Notes under the pieces: generated by a model
Told to the model about the DNA's origin: nothing
The model's database searches: none
The model's input: only the letters and a program-made list of their open reading frames with translations
Shown: one piece after another, positions 1 through 11,980 of the stretch
Position numbering within the stretch: the stretch's first letter is position 1
Layout of the letters: every line of letters begins with the position of its first letter
Origin: Octopus vulgaris
Taxonomy: Eukaryota
DNA: 64,000 nt
Assembly: GCA_951406725.2 (NCBI GenBank)
Contig: OX597815.1
Coordinates: 45,632,001 to 45,696,000 of the forward strand
Reading direction: 5' to 3'
Translations under genes and position numbers: made by a program

Positions 1-1308
1 AGCACAGAGTTTCACTGTGCCTGTTGGCTTGAAACAGGAAGCTGCTACAGCAAATTATTCCTATAATATATATCCCCTGGTGATGTCAATAGATGTAATA
101 AACCATTGTTGGTTAATTCTATGAGTTGAAAATATCAAACAACCAATGACTGTGTCATATTTGGTGGAGACAAATAAAATATTCTTAAAAATATACACCC
201 AAAAGGTTTTCAACATTTTATAAAAATAAATAGTTAAATTATATTTTTAATTAAATATTAATAATGTTCATGCATTTTGCTTTAATGTGTTAACTACTTA
301 CACCTGTCTTTTAACAATTTAGTTTGTCTTCGATGTTTGGCTAGACTGTTGAAAATCAAAGTATGCAACTATATGAGTCAGTAACAAAAAGAAAAAACAA
401 AACTAATTGTTTCTTTTGATGTCATCTGGTTTATATTCCATTTTATTTAATTTCTCATTAGCTATCTCATAGCTCACACCTCTTTAATTTTCTCATGTAA
501 TATTTGATTGCCCTGAATCTGAAATTGTTTTACTGAATTTCAAAATCAGAATATCAGATATGTAGTAGGCATTTAAAAGCAGGATTGTGAATTAAACAAA
601 TATTTAGATCAGTTGAAATATGTTTTGAAGACATATCTGACCTATAAAAACACCTGTTTCCAATGCAATTTGCCATGGAGAAAAATCTCACTTTAGGCAA
701 TATGTGTCAAAACACCGAGTCATCTTATGGCATCCTCTGGCCTACTACATTTTTTTTATTTTTATTCTAGCCTATTTGGCATTGCATTTAATCACTTTAT
801 ACTGATTTTCTATAGAAGCCATAACAGAGTCATTTCTAAGTTGTCTCCCTTGTACTTTATGCTGAATATAACCAAACAGCTTGAAATGCATTTATTATTC
901 CACTGGAAGACACTGTGAGATGGCTTGGTATTCTGACACCTGTTGCCTAAAGCTAGATTTTTCTCTATGACAAATTGTGGTGCTAACAGCTTTTTTCACA
1001 AGTCTCAAACATATATGCACTGATCTAAATGTTTGTTTAGAATATCAGGCTTATATCGAATTGTAAGGCTGCTTGTCAGCATTACTCTTCACACATATGT
1101 AATATCCAGCGTTTTGTAGATTGAATTAAATCTCTTAGTACATTACAGGTTCTGTAAAGTGCTCCATACCTTTAAGGTGATATATCCCCTAGGAATATAA
1201 CCAGCTTTTACATGAACAATCAATCCATACATCAATGAAACTGTAAACATTAACTATTGCAATTTTTAATAAATTGTTTGAAGAAAAATAAAAATTACTT
1301 ATCAACTT

Positions 1309-1609
1309 CAGTTCTACATTTAAGAGATGAGGAATTATGTGCATTATTTACATTCAATGGATATTTGTCCTCATCTTGTTTGTTGTTAACACACCGTTTC
1401 GGCTGATATACCCTTTAGGTGTCTTGGGGAAATTTCGAACTTGGGTTCTCATTCCTAAGGTATTTTTTGATGTGATTATTATTATTATTATTATTAACAT
1501 CAAAAAATACCTCGGGAATGAGAACCCAGGTTCGAAATTTCCCCAAGACACCTGAAGAAGGCTTGGAGGGTATATCAGCCGAAACGTTGTGTTAATGTAA
1601 ATAATGCAC
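1309..1609. mobile_element. Fold-back element with hammerhead motif (family HH-A), Penelope-like/retrozyme type
   Basis: Inverted arms around (ATT)n; second copy at 25831-26170. Confidence 0.8.
1547..1593 (+). ncRNA. Minimal type-I hammerhead ribozyme motif
   Basis: gacac CTGAAGA a ggct..agcc GAAAC GTT gtgtt: stems I and II pair, stem III is reduced to the palindrome AACGTT. Confidence 0.75.
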
Positions 1610-1821
1610 CTTCAGTTTTGTTAACCTTTTCAGGGTCATAATTCTTTATAAGCCAATGGTTTTGGAGGACCAAATAGTATACATTCTCTGGAATGTGGCT
1701 ACAGCTTTACCAATGGTTGATATTAGACTCTGTATCACCATTGTTACTGATGACACTATCCAGATAGGTAAGCAAAGATTTGCATCAAACGTAAACCACG
1801 AAAGACTGATAAACATTATAG

Positions 1822-2216
1822 TACTCTTTTACTTGTTTCAGTCATTTGACTGTGGCCATGCTGGAGCACCGCCTTTAGTCAAGCAAATCGACCCCGGGAC
1901 TTATTCTTTGTAAGCCCAGTACTTATTCTATCGATCTCTTTTGCCGAACCACTAAGTGACAGGGACGTAAACACACCAGCATCGGTTGTCAAGCAATGCT
2001 AGGGGGACAAACACAGGCACACATACATATATATATATATATATACATATATTCGACAGGCTTCTTTCAGTTTCCGTCTACCAAATCCACTCACAAGGCA
2101 TTGGTCGGCCCGGGGCTATAGCAGAAGACACTTGCCCAAGATGCCACGCAGTGGGACTGAACCCGGAACCATGTGGTTGGTTAGCAAGCTACTTACCACA
2201 CAGCCACTCCTGCACC
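1822..2216 (-). mobile_element. tRNA-derived SINE, family S1
   Basis: Minus-strand head with A box TGGCTGTGTGG and B box GGTTCAGTCCC, central (CA/TA)n and (AAAAGAGT)n tail; more than 15 whole or partial copies in the window. Confidence 0.9.
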
Positions 2217-3241
2217 TATATTGAATAGATTAGTTGCATAAACAACAGCACATAAAATACCAAGTCACAATAATCTTAAATAACATATCCACACTCCAAC
2301 ATCATACAAATGCAGCATGTTGCTGTAAATGATTTCAAATTTTAGCACAAGGCCAGCAATTTCAGAAAGGATGTAAGTCGATTACTTCAAACCCCACCGC
2401 CCCCAGTGCCCAACTTGTACTTATTTTATTGACCCTGAAAGGATGAAAAGGTAAAATTGACCTCAGCAGAATTTGAACTCAAAACATAAAGATGGACAAA
2501 ATACCACTAAGCATTTTGCCTGGTGTGCTATCAATCCTGCCAGGTCGCCACCTAGCATGTCATCATAATATACCATTAAAAACAACAAAACATGCCATAA
2601 TTTAATCTCTTTCTTCCATCAGACAGCAGATAATAAAAGACTTAGTAAAGAAAGCAAAATGACAAACAATCATACTTAGAGCACGTACATTTGGCTAACA
2701 AAAGGAAAGAAAAAATGTGTACAATGAATATATTAGATACTGCCTGCATCACGAATTTCTCTACTATAAACTACAAAGTACACAAAACAGCATACACATA
2801 CCCCATCATTTAACATCCATTTTCCATGCTAGCTTGGGTTAGACTTTTGACAGGAGCTGGCTAGCCAGAATACTGAACCATGCTCTATTGTCTGCTTTAG
2901 CATGGTTTCTATGGCTGTATACAGTAGAAAATACTACAACAGCATTCCAAAAGCACTAACTATATAAATAGTTGCAACAACCACCACCTCGCTAGCCCCA
3001 AACACTGGTAGGATACATATCAAGAGTATCTGTATTGACTGAGGCCACTACAAGATGTGCAGAGTGCAACATTTCCAGAATGTCACTGCATGTGCAACAT
3101 GGTCCTCAAATATGCAGAGATATGGTATACCTGGAAGCCCTCCCAACTTGTTGATTTTACATAGTTAAACAACTACTTCTATGATGTATAATGTGTCTCA
3201 GATTATATCTAATCTTTAAATAAATGCTTGATAGCTTAGGG

Positions 3242-3486
3242 CAGTAGTTATCAACAGGAGTCCATACGGCACTTAAAGTTCCATGTAAGATTTTGTTCAA
3301 ATTTATCTGCAATAAATTGCTTATACTTCTATAATACCCCAAATATTTTAATATTGTTCTTAATGTTCAATTATAAAAATACAGTAAGGTTAATATATAT
3401 ATACACAGCAAATGGCTATGAAAATCCAGGAGAGTAAAATAGGAATCAAAGAGATTCATAGGTAGAAAAATGGTCGAGAACCACTG
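3242..3486. mobile_element. hAT-type MITE
   Basis: TIRs cagtagttatcaac / gtcgagaaccactg; 8-bp TSD gcttaggg / gcgtaggg. Confidence 0.75.
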
Positions 3487-4107
3487 GCGTAGGGTGTTAT
3501 TACCATGCTTGGCAAAAGGGAGAGCACCTAGCTGTAGAAAAAAAAATCTGCCTTAATGAATTCTACCGGGTCCATGCAAGGATAGAAAAGTGGATGTTAT
3601 AATGATGATGACAGCAAAAAAGAAAGAAAGCAAATTTCAGAATTGCAAATCTGAAACACAAAAAGAATCAAAAGTGAAATTTTGTTGCATTCAGCAAGAA
3701 CATCATTTTCCATTGTTACTTAATCAGTATTATTTAAATTCATTATTTTGACAGTGAACCATTTGTTCCTCCAGCAACTGGTAGACAAACTGAAGAAGCC
3801 TGTCGTGTGTGTGTATATGTATGTATATATATATATATATATAATTATTAAAGTAGTTAGAGGCAATTTAAAAGCAAAAGGCACATACAATTATCACTAC
3901 AAGTGACTAAGGATGCAAGTCAGCACCAGCATTGTTAGAAATAAGAGTTAAAATAACTCTTAAGCCACAAACGTGTGTAATTCATATTTTCTTGTCTAAT
4001 GTGTTCATTAAATAAAACAACTATCTCACTCTCAAATTAGCCTTAATTACCAATCTTTACACTACAAGTCTCTTACTACATACTACAATGATAACATTGT
4101 TATTTCT

Positions 4108-4939
4108 GAAATACTAAATTTCTAAATCTCTCGTAGAGACATGTACGGTGGTGGGGCAATAGAATGGTTGTATACTGTCAATCTAACACGAACGTGACAG
4201 TAGGGGGTACACCACCGCTGTTTAGCCCTTGGAAGCATCGACGCCTCCTGATGGCTTTGACACATTTTTCCTGTGTCATTATATACAATTACGAAGGGGA
4301 GACAAACACCCCCAGCCGCCCGGGGCTGCATCTAGGGACACGTGTTTCAGGATGATTGTCCATCGGCCTTGAGTAGCAGACACTGGTCAGCTGACGATAT
4401 CTGTCTCAACTCGTAAATAGACTTCACTGAAATTTAGATATATACATTACGAGTTGAGACAGATATCGTCAGCTAACCGGTGTCTGCTACTCAGGAGGCG
4501 TCGATGCTTCCTAGGGCTAAACAGCGGTGGTGTACCCCCTACTGTCACGTTTGTATTAAATTGACAGTATACAACCATTCTATCGCCCCACCACCGTACA
4601 TGTCTCTACGAGAGATTTAGAAATTTAGTATTTCTGATTTTGATAATCAGTGAATAGACTTCACTGAAATTTAGATATATACATTACGAGTCGAGACAGA
4701 TATCGTCAGCTGACCGGTGTCTGCTACTCTAGGCCGACGAAGGACAATCATCCTGAAACACGTGTTCCTAGATGCAGCCCCGGGTGGCTGGGGGTGTTTG
4801 TCTCCCCTTCGTAAATGTATATAAGGACACAGGAAAAATGTTTCAAAGCCATCAGGAGGCGTCGATGCTTCCTAGGGCTAAACAGCGGTGGTGTACCCCC
4901 TAGTGTCACGTTCGTGTTAGATTGACAGTATACAACCAA
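4108..4939. mobile_element. Inverted plus tandem three-copy element (family HH-B), Penelope-like pseudo-LTR architecture
   Basis: Unit of about 300-350 bp: inverted at 4108-4415, direct with an internal deletion at 4416-4636, direct and truncated at 4653-4937. Flanked by tgttatttct at 4098-4107 and 4940-4949. Confidence 0.85.
4729..4771 (+). ncRNA. Minimal type-I hammerhead ribozyme motif (CCGACGA core variant)
   Basis: ctagg CCGACGA agga caatca tcct GAAAC acgt GTT cctag; perfect stems I and II, palindromic ACACGTGT stem III. Confidence 0.75.
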
Positions 4940-5021
4940 TGTTATTTCTATTTGGTTGAAAATCCTAATATTTCCTTCATTTTAATTTTGCCATTCATTC
5001 AAATCGTAATATATTTTAGAT

Positions 5022-5163
5022 CAGTCATGGGCAAACTGCAACCTGCAGGACTTTCTGAATGGCATCCCTAATTGAAATTGCCTTTTTTTTTAGTAGTGTG
5101 ACCCACCTGATGATGAACCAGGTCTCATGTAGCCCCCTTCTTGAAAAAGGATGCCTATACCCA
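5022..5163. mobile_element. hAT (Charlie-like) MITE
   Basis: Starts cagtcatgggcaaac; 8-bp TSD ttttagat / tcttagat. Confidence 0.65.
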
Positions 5164-5247
5164 TCTTAGATTCATTCAAAATAATCAACAAATTATCATT
5201 TTCAGACATGGATAATTTACTTTCAGTTAAAGATTTAAAGAGAAATA

Positions 5248-6474
5248 TTGGGTTGCCAAGTAAGTTCCCGCCGTTTATTTTAAATTTTTTTAAAAGGTTT
5301 AATAAAAAATGATAACTAATTAATCAATAATGTATTCACCCTTGTTTACAACCTCTTCCCAAAATTCAACAAGATTTTCAATACCTCGTCGGTAGAAATC
5401 ACCTGATTTCGACTCGAAAAATTGATCCAATCAAGCTCTCAATTCTGCATCAGTATTGAACGAAACTCCACATATAGCATTTGAAAAAGATCGAAAGAGG
5501 TGGAAATCCGGAGAACAGCAGATGTGGCAGCACTTCCCAGCCATGCGTTTGAATGGCTTCCTTGGTCATATTGGCGATATGAGGGCAGGTGTCGTGCAGC
5601 AGAACTCCATGTCAATGATTAGGTCTTTTCTCTTGAATAGCCGTGTTGAGTCGTTCCATCTGTTGAACATAAGAGTTCCATGCTGAGCGTTTGGTTCTGT
5701 TCAAGCAATTCATAATGTATAGTCCCTTCCCAGTCCCACCATATGCACATCGTTTTACGCAGATGAAGATCTTGTTTACCAGAGCTAAGCCATTCCTTAC
5801 ACTGCTCCATATTGATGTACAGGCACCATTTTTTGTTACTGGCGACGAAAAATGGTGCCTGTACATCGTTGCCAGAAAAATACAATGGTGCCAAGAAATC
5901 ATTGCTTGTGTCCATGAGCTGAGCGGTGACGAGCAAGCAAACCAGCGGAGATTGTGGCTCGTTGATTTTTGTTGCGGAAGCCATGCTCCATACTTCTGAA
6001 CCTTCCCCATCGAGTGAAGATGTTTCTCTATAGCAGTGTGGGAGCATTCCATTGTCTCTGCTAGTTCCCTTGTCATTTGATGAGAATTTTCGTGCAAAAG
6101 TTGGTTTAATCGCTCTTCATCAAACCCAACTGGATGGTCAGAACGAGGTGTCTTTGAGGTCAAAATTTCCATTTTTAGATTTAGCATACCAATCACGAGT
6201 GGTTCTTTCAGCTATGGCACCCTCTCCATACACAGCACAAATGTCATGAGCAGCTTTTGTGGCCTTAGAACTTTGATTAAAAGCAAAAAGGAGGTGTCGA
6301 AAATGCTCGTTTATCTTAACTTGACATTCCATTTTAATGATCTGAAAATAAACAAAAATTAACTAGAAAAAAAGACAAAAACAAAATAGATTCCAAAATG
6401 ATTCAAAAATAGAATTCTCAAAAAAATAGATTCCAAAATTTAGAAAAACGGCAGGAACTTAGTTGCCAACCCAA
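5248..6474 (-). mobile_element. Mariner DNA transposon, near full length, transposase frameshifted
   Basis: TIRs ttgggttgccaagtaagttcccgccgttt / aaacggcaggaacttagttgccaacccaa with TA on both sides. ORF fragments include VYGEGAIAERT..DWYAK, TGDEKW and MCIWWDWEG. Confidence 0.95.
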
Positions 6475-6648
6475 TACAAACCCTTCAAAATTGCAACATT
6501 TAGTTATTGGAAATTTAGTACTTAGCTGAAAAACTCAATTTAATTTTAGTATTTTCACTCATTTTTACTATTCTCATAAGAAAGATGCAAATGAATCATT
6601 AACTAATTTTAAAAAGTCATATATATATATATATATGTGTGTGCATGT

Positions 6649-6962
6649 ATGTTGCCGGTGGCACGTAAAAAGCACCATTCGTTCGTGGCCGTTGCCAGCC
6701 TCGCCTGGCCCCCGTACCGGTGGCAGGTAAAAAGCACCATCCGTCCGTGGCCGTTTGCCAGCTCTGTCTGTCACATGTGCGGGTGGCACGTAAAAAGCAC
6801 CCACTACACTCACGGAGTGGTTGGCGTTAGGAAGGGCATCCAGCCGTAGAAACACTGCCAGATCAGACTGGGCCTGATGCAGCCTTCTGGCTTCACAGAC
6901 CCCAGTTGAACCGTCCAACCCATGCTAGCATGGAAAGCGGATGCTAAATGATGATGATGATG
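6649..6962 (+). mobile_element. SINE S3 with RTE-like 3' tail and (GAT)n end
   Basis: Internal gtggcacgtaaaaagcacc repeats; copies at 7831-7986, 39998-40258, 43140-43457 and about 25400-25730. Confidence 0.85.
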
Positions 6963-7632
6963 TATATATGTGCATGTATATGCATATATGTGTGTATATG
7001 TATATATATATACAAAATAGGGGAGTTTAGTTCATAGGTGATCTAAACAACTAGGTACGCTAGTTAAGTGTTGTAATGGATTACCAGGGCTCCAAAGTTA
7101 TGGCTGCGACAGTAGTTATGGAGCCATTGCAGATTTCTGATATAGCAGATATAGAATTGTTAAAGAGAACAACAAACGTTAAAGCAAGGCAAACTATCTC
7201 AAGTCATGTACAATTTTATTATTGGAAAAAAAAATTCAAAGACTTTGAATTTTTTTCCAATAATAATAATATATATGACTTGAGATGTTCACCTTGCCTT
7301 AACATTTGCTGTCCTCTTTAACAATTATATATATACATATATAAATTCAACTTATGATGAAAGATACAAAAATAAATTTTTTTATTCTCAAACGCGTGAT
7401 AATGCTAATAAAATATCATGAACAGGATAAATTATCCATACAATGCAGAAAAATACATTGGCTGGCCAGATAATTTTATATATATAAGAATATGCATATA
7501 TATGTCTATGTATACATGTGTGTATATATATATAAGCATATGCATATATATATATGCATAATATATATGTAGGTATATATATATATATATTATATATTTG
7601 CATATATATAAGCATATGCATAATGTATATGT

Positions 7633-7668
<36 letters not shown>

Positions 7669-7981
7669 AAATATTTTATAATTATAAAATATTTGTATAA
7701 TTTTACTTATAAAGGTTATTTTAACATACCGATCTACTTGGTGAAATTAATTGATTGATTAATTAATTTAATTGATAAATTTTACCCTTTTATGATTAAT
7801 TTAAAATTATATATATATATATATATATACACTCTCGGAGTGGTTGGCATTAGGAAGGGCATCCAGTTGTAGAAATTCTGCCAGATAAGATTGGAGTCTG
7901 GTGCAGCCATCTGGTTGACCAGTCCTCAGTCAAATCGTCCAACCCATGCTAGTGTGGAAAGCAGACGTTTAACGATGATGA

Positions 7982-8018
<37 letters not shown>

Positions 8019-8951
8019 ACGGCAGTGCATCAGCATGGCCGCAGCTCTGAGCTGAAACTTTAATAAAAAAAAAATTTTTTTTTAAAAGCTGTAAAATTTT
8101 ATTCAGTCAGACACTGAACTATGAGTCGACCGCATTTTATAATGGAAACAGCTATAAGCTAATGAAATTCATTAGATAATTGTTTATTCCTTTGTCATCT
8201 CATTTCACACACACACACACACACACACACATGCATGAGATTAACTGAACTGAGGTATTATTGCATATCCAATTGAAATATAATGATGATAAAATAAGGT
8301 TTTTTTTTTTTAATTCATGATATAAAAAGGAAATATTGAATTTTAATAATTCAAAACATTTTTAAAAATGAAACAAGAACTCTAAAACATAATAATTGTT
8401 TTAGTACAGAGAGATAACAAGGTGATGCTGTAGCAGGGTGGTGAGAGGGAGTGCTATGCTAACAGAAGTAAAGTTGAGCTAGGAGGAAAGAATGAACAGG
8501 TAGGAGGAGGAGGTAATGGAGGGGGATTAGCAGTTTATTGATGAGGAAACCAAAGGTTAAGAGGGAAAGATAGAATTGAGCAAGAGAAAACGTGGAGATG
8601 TGACAAAATGAAAAATTGAAAAGAAAAAAAAATTTGAAAAACATTGAAAATAATAATCATTATACAATAAGATAATCATTATGTGAAAAACACAACTCAT
8701 AAATATGTTGCTTGAAACTTTATTAAAATCTTAGAGTGATGACATGATGCACTCACAAATACTGTCATCGGCCAGTTTAAGTCTGAATGGATATCGAGGA
8801 TGGCGACTTCAGCAATATGGGTGATTGAGATGGGAGAGGCAGGCTTTTTGGTGTTCCATTGCCAGAGCCATCCTCTGGTAGGAGCTGTAGCCAAGACTTT
8901 TCAGTGGATGATCAGAAAATGCCCTGTCTTTACATTCACAACAGTATGAAA

Positions 8952-8983
8952 AAGAGCGAGAGAGAGAGAGAGAGAGAGAGACT

Positions 8984-9018
<35 letters not shown>
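8952..9018. repeat. (GA)n microsatellite downstream of the UBE2S stop
   Basis: Directly visible; many (TA)n and (CA)n tracts elsewhere, e.g. 7570-7666, 49043-49086 and 58874-58990. Confidence 0.95.
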
Positions 9019-9019
<1 letters not shown>

Positions 9020-9038
9020 CACTAAAGTAGTGAGTCTA

Positions 9039-9044
9039 TTTATT
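9039..9044 (-). terminator. Candidate UBE2S polyadenylation signal AATAAA
   Basis: AATAAA 30 nt downstream of the stop codon; another at 8719-8724. Usage unknown. Confidence 0.4.
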
Positions 9045-9073
9045 CACAGTCTGTACAAAGTATTAAATAGCTA

Positions 9074-9227
9074 TCATAATCTCTTGAGTACTTTCTTCTT
9101 TTCTTTTTTCTTTTTGTCAACTGGTATAATTTTCTTTTCACCAGCAAATTTGTCTCCTGCATGTTTCTTGGCTATAGGACCATCTGAGGATTTGTCCCGA
9201 ACATTGGACGATTGCTCCTCTTTGGGT
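9074..9227 (-). CDS. UBE2S: UBE2S last coding exon (KPKEEQSS...DGPIAKKHAGDK...KKKVLKRL*)
   Basis: Acceptor tctttctttccag, phase 2. Contains the GP.AKKHAG motif and the basic C-terminal tail LKRL (vertebrate LRRL, APC/C-binding). Tandem stops TGA TAG. Confidence 0.96.
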
Positions 9228-10291
9228 CTGGAAAGAAAGAAATCAAAGTTGAATTACATCACTATACAATGTATTTTAAAAAATGTAATAAAAACTTTGG
9301 CAATGAAAAATTTGTTTACAAAATTTCTAGAAGAAATACATAGACATTTAGAAGTTTTGGAAAAAACACCCAACAGTTTTGCAGGAAGTTAAATGTTTGC
9401 ACAACTAATATTCCTGTATGACAAAAAAATTTAGGGATATGAGGACCCAGAGACAAACTGATATGGAAAAGGTGATTATGAAAGCTCAAGGATCCTTCAA
9501 ATGGGCAGAGATTTAGAAATGTTCTTAAAGATATCTACCACAACCCCAGTCCCCAAGCCTCCCCTACAATTTTCTCCATCATTTGCTAATCACCTCTATC
9601 CTGCCCACTCACCCAATCAAAACCTTTGTATCACCTCATCTATTCTCACCACCCCCAATGTCCCTCAAGGGCATGTTCTAATGCAGCTTTGCCATCATCT
9701 CTCTTATCCTACTCTTTCACTCTTTCTTTTCCTATTGGAATATCCATTTATCTACAGCAAGACACCTTTCTTTGTCCCTCCTTACCTTCAATCTCTCAAC
9801 TGGCCCAAAGCCTCCTCCTCCCAATGCTACTTCACACTCCAAAGTGAGGAGTTTTTGCTTTTACATCTTACAAGGTACTTGGTGACCCTGTCAGTGATAG
9901 TACCGTGTAAAAAGTACCCAGTACACTTTGTAAAGTGTTTGGCATTAAGAAGCGTATCCAGCTGTAGTGTGTAAGTATTAATAAATGAAAAGGCAGTAAG
10001 TGAACCAATACTGCAAGCATAAAGAATTTAGTAAATAGCAACACAGTTGCCTGCTTAGTGTTGCTAGATATCATCACAGATACACAGCTTTAATTAGAAA
10101 CCGTTTTCAAGTTATTTACTTGCTTTCTCCTTGGCTCCCTCAATATATCAAGTGGTGATGAATATTTTGGTGCTGTAAACTCCTGGACAATCATCTTAAG
10201 TTACATAAAAAATTTGTCTGACTTTCTTCAAAACATTTCCAGAGTATGACTTTTTAAGAGGGAGGAATTTACAAGGGAGATAACTTTCATA

Positions 10292-10669
10292 TGGATGGAA
10301 GCACTCCGTTGGTTACGACAATGAGGGTTCCGGTTGATCCGACCAACGGAACAGCCTGCTCGTGAAATTAACGTGTAAGTGGCTGAGCACTCCACAGACA
10401 CGTGTACTCTTAACGTAGTTCTCGGGGATATTCAGCGTGACACAGAGAGAGTGACAAGGCTGGCCCTTCGAAATACAGGTACAACAGAAACAGGAAGAAA
10501 GTTGTGGTGAAAGAGTACAGCAGGGATCACCACCATGCCCTGCTGGAGCCTCATGGAGCTTTAGGTGTTTTCGCTCAATAAACACTCACAACGCCCGGTC
10601 TGGGAATCGAAACCGCGATCCTACGACCGCGAGTCCGCTGCCCTAACCACTGGGCCATTGCGCCTCCAC
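10292..10669 (-). mobile_element. tRNA-derived SINE, family S2
   Basis: Head gtggaggcgcaatggcccagtggttagggcagcggactcg..gtttcgattccc; TSD taactttcata at 10281-10291 and 10670-10680. Confidence 0.92.
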
Positions 10670-10756
10670 TAACTTTCATATAACAGCTAAAGCAGCAAAT
10701 TGATATTTTTTAGGAAGAATTGTTGAGATATATAAAACTTATATACAATAAGCAAT

Positions 10757-11082
10757 GTGAAGGTACGTGGCTTAGTGGTTAGAGTATTCAGCTCACAATC
10801 ATAAGGTTATGAGTTCCATAACCAGCAGTGCAGTGTGTACTTTAGCAAGATACTTTATTTCACATTGCTCCAGTCCACTCAGCTGGTAAAAAGGACTAGT
10901 ACCTGTATTTCAATGGGCCAGCCTTGTTGCATTCTGTGTCATGCTAAATCTCCCAGGGAACTACATCAAGGATATATTATGTCTGTAGAGTGCTCAGTCA
11001 GTTGCACATTAATTTCATTTGCAGGCTGTTCCACTGATTAGATTAACTGGAACACCCATTGTTGTAACTGATGGGGTGCTTG
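10757..11082 (+). mobile_element. Older S2-related SINE
   Basis: Shares the S2 body, with a different tRNA-like head; a similar copy lies on the minus strand at about 31190-31487. Confidence 0.75.
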
Positions 11083-11171
11083 TTTACAATAAGTATTCAC
11101 ATGAGCTAATAAAATACTGACTCAGTAAAAAAGACCAATGATTCATATCTATCAATATTTTGTGCTATATT

Positions 11172-11388
11172 AGGGGAGTGAGCTAGAAGAATTGTTGGCA
11201 TGCTGAGCAAAGTGCTTTGCAGTATTTCATCTGTCTTTATGTTCTGAGTTCAAATTCTGCTGAGGCTGACTTTGCCTTTCATCTTTTTGGGGTCAATAAA
11301 ATAAGTACTAGTTTAGCATTGGGCTCAATATAACTGACTTACCTGCTCCCCCGAAATTGCTGGCCTTGTGCCAGAATTTGAAACCAAT
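11172..11388 (+). mobile_element. SINE S4 (Nin-domain-like)
   Basis: gagttcaaattc B box and gactttgcctttcatc..ggggtcaataaaataagtac body; copies at 2335-2553(-), 26572-26775(-), 44520-44716(-) and 53520-53724(+). Confidence 0.8.
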
Positions 11389-11731
11389 ATTTTGTGCTAT
11401 GTCCATGATCAAAATATCTTAACTCTTGCTAGTCCAGCTTGCATAATTGTAAATTTCATTTGGAGGTGTAGTTCACTAACACACAGCCAACATATCATAA
11501 GGATAAAAATAATTATATCAAATGTGCCAGGAGGGAATTATTCACAAGTTTTTGAAGCAGCTAATTCAGTTTACCATCTTGGAAACAAAACTAAAAATTA
11601 CAGCTCATGAGTTCTCAAAATTCCTCATTATTTCTGAGTACTAACCAACAATTTAATAGCATAGTCCTCCTTGTATTGCAGTCTTAGCAACTGATGGATA
11701 GTAACTAGTGAACAACAAATATCAGACTTAC

Positions 11732-11865
11732 TTAGGTTTTGCATGGATTTCAGTGTATAGTCTTGCTCTTGTCGAGTAATCATCATATTGTTCCAATAGC
11801 AGTTTACCGGCTTCCTCATTCAATGCAGACTCTGGGTTTGGCACAATCAGTAAACATTTTACCGT
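11732..11865 (-). CDS. UBE2S: UBE2S coding exon ([44 protein letters not shown])
   Basis: Hand translation gives the [12 protein letters not shown] motif. Acceptor tttttatatag, donor gtaagt at 11731-11726; 134 nt, phase 0 to phase 2. Confidence 0.97.
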
Positions 11866-11980
11866 CTATATAAAAAATAAATTGGATCATTCAATTATTA
11901 ATCTTGGCTGTAGGCAACAAAATGGTTATCAATCCATGTGACAAGGGAAGATAATTTAGTAAAAAATAACAAATAACAAT

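Noticed and set aside
4816-4860. Minus-strand CTGATGG..GAAAC..GTC in family HH-B
   Set aside because: No stem I complementarity and no proper stem II.
4122-4939. Duplicated 63-aa ORFs (MVVYCQSNTN...)
   Set aside because: They arise from the inverted repeat units, are antisense to the ribozyme and show no recognisable domain.
6655-6800. Spaced direct repeats gtggcacgtaaaaagcacc resembling a CRISPR array
   Set aside because: Internal repeats of SINE S3 in a eukaryotic genome; the spacers recur in other copies and there are no cas genes.
6574-6918. Recurrent ORFs such as MDGSTGVCEARR, MFIERKHLKL and ...TEPGTMWL
   Set aside because: Translations of SINE copies, not genes.
7351-7402. ttatgatga...caaacgcgtgataa resembling a PLE hammerhead
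   Set aside because: Both core boxes and the cleavage triplet deviate from consensus.
8859-9392. 177-aa plus-strand ORF
   Set aside because: Antisense to the UBE2S last exon and runs through a (GA)n microsatellite.
10590-10669. tRNA-like sequence with A and B boxes
   Set aside because: It is the head of an S2 SINE with body, tail and TSD, not a tRNA gene; the same applies to S1 heads.
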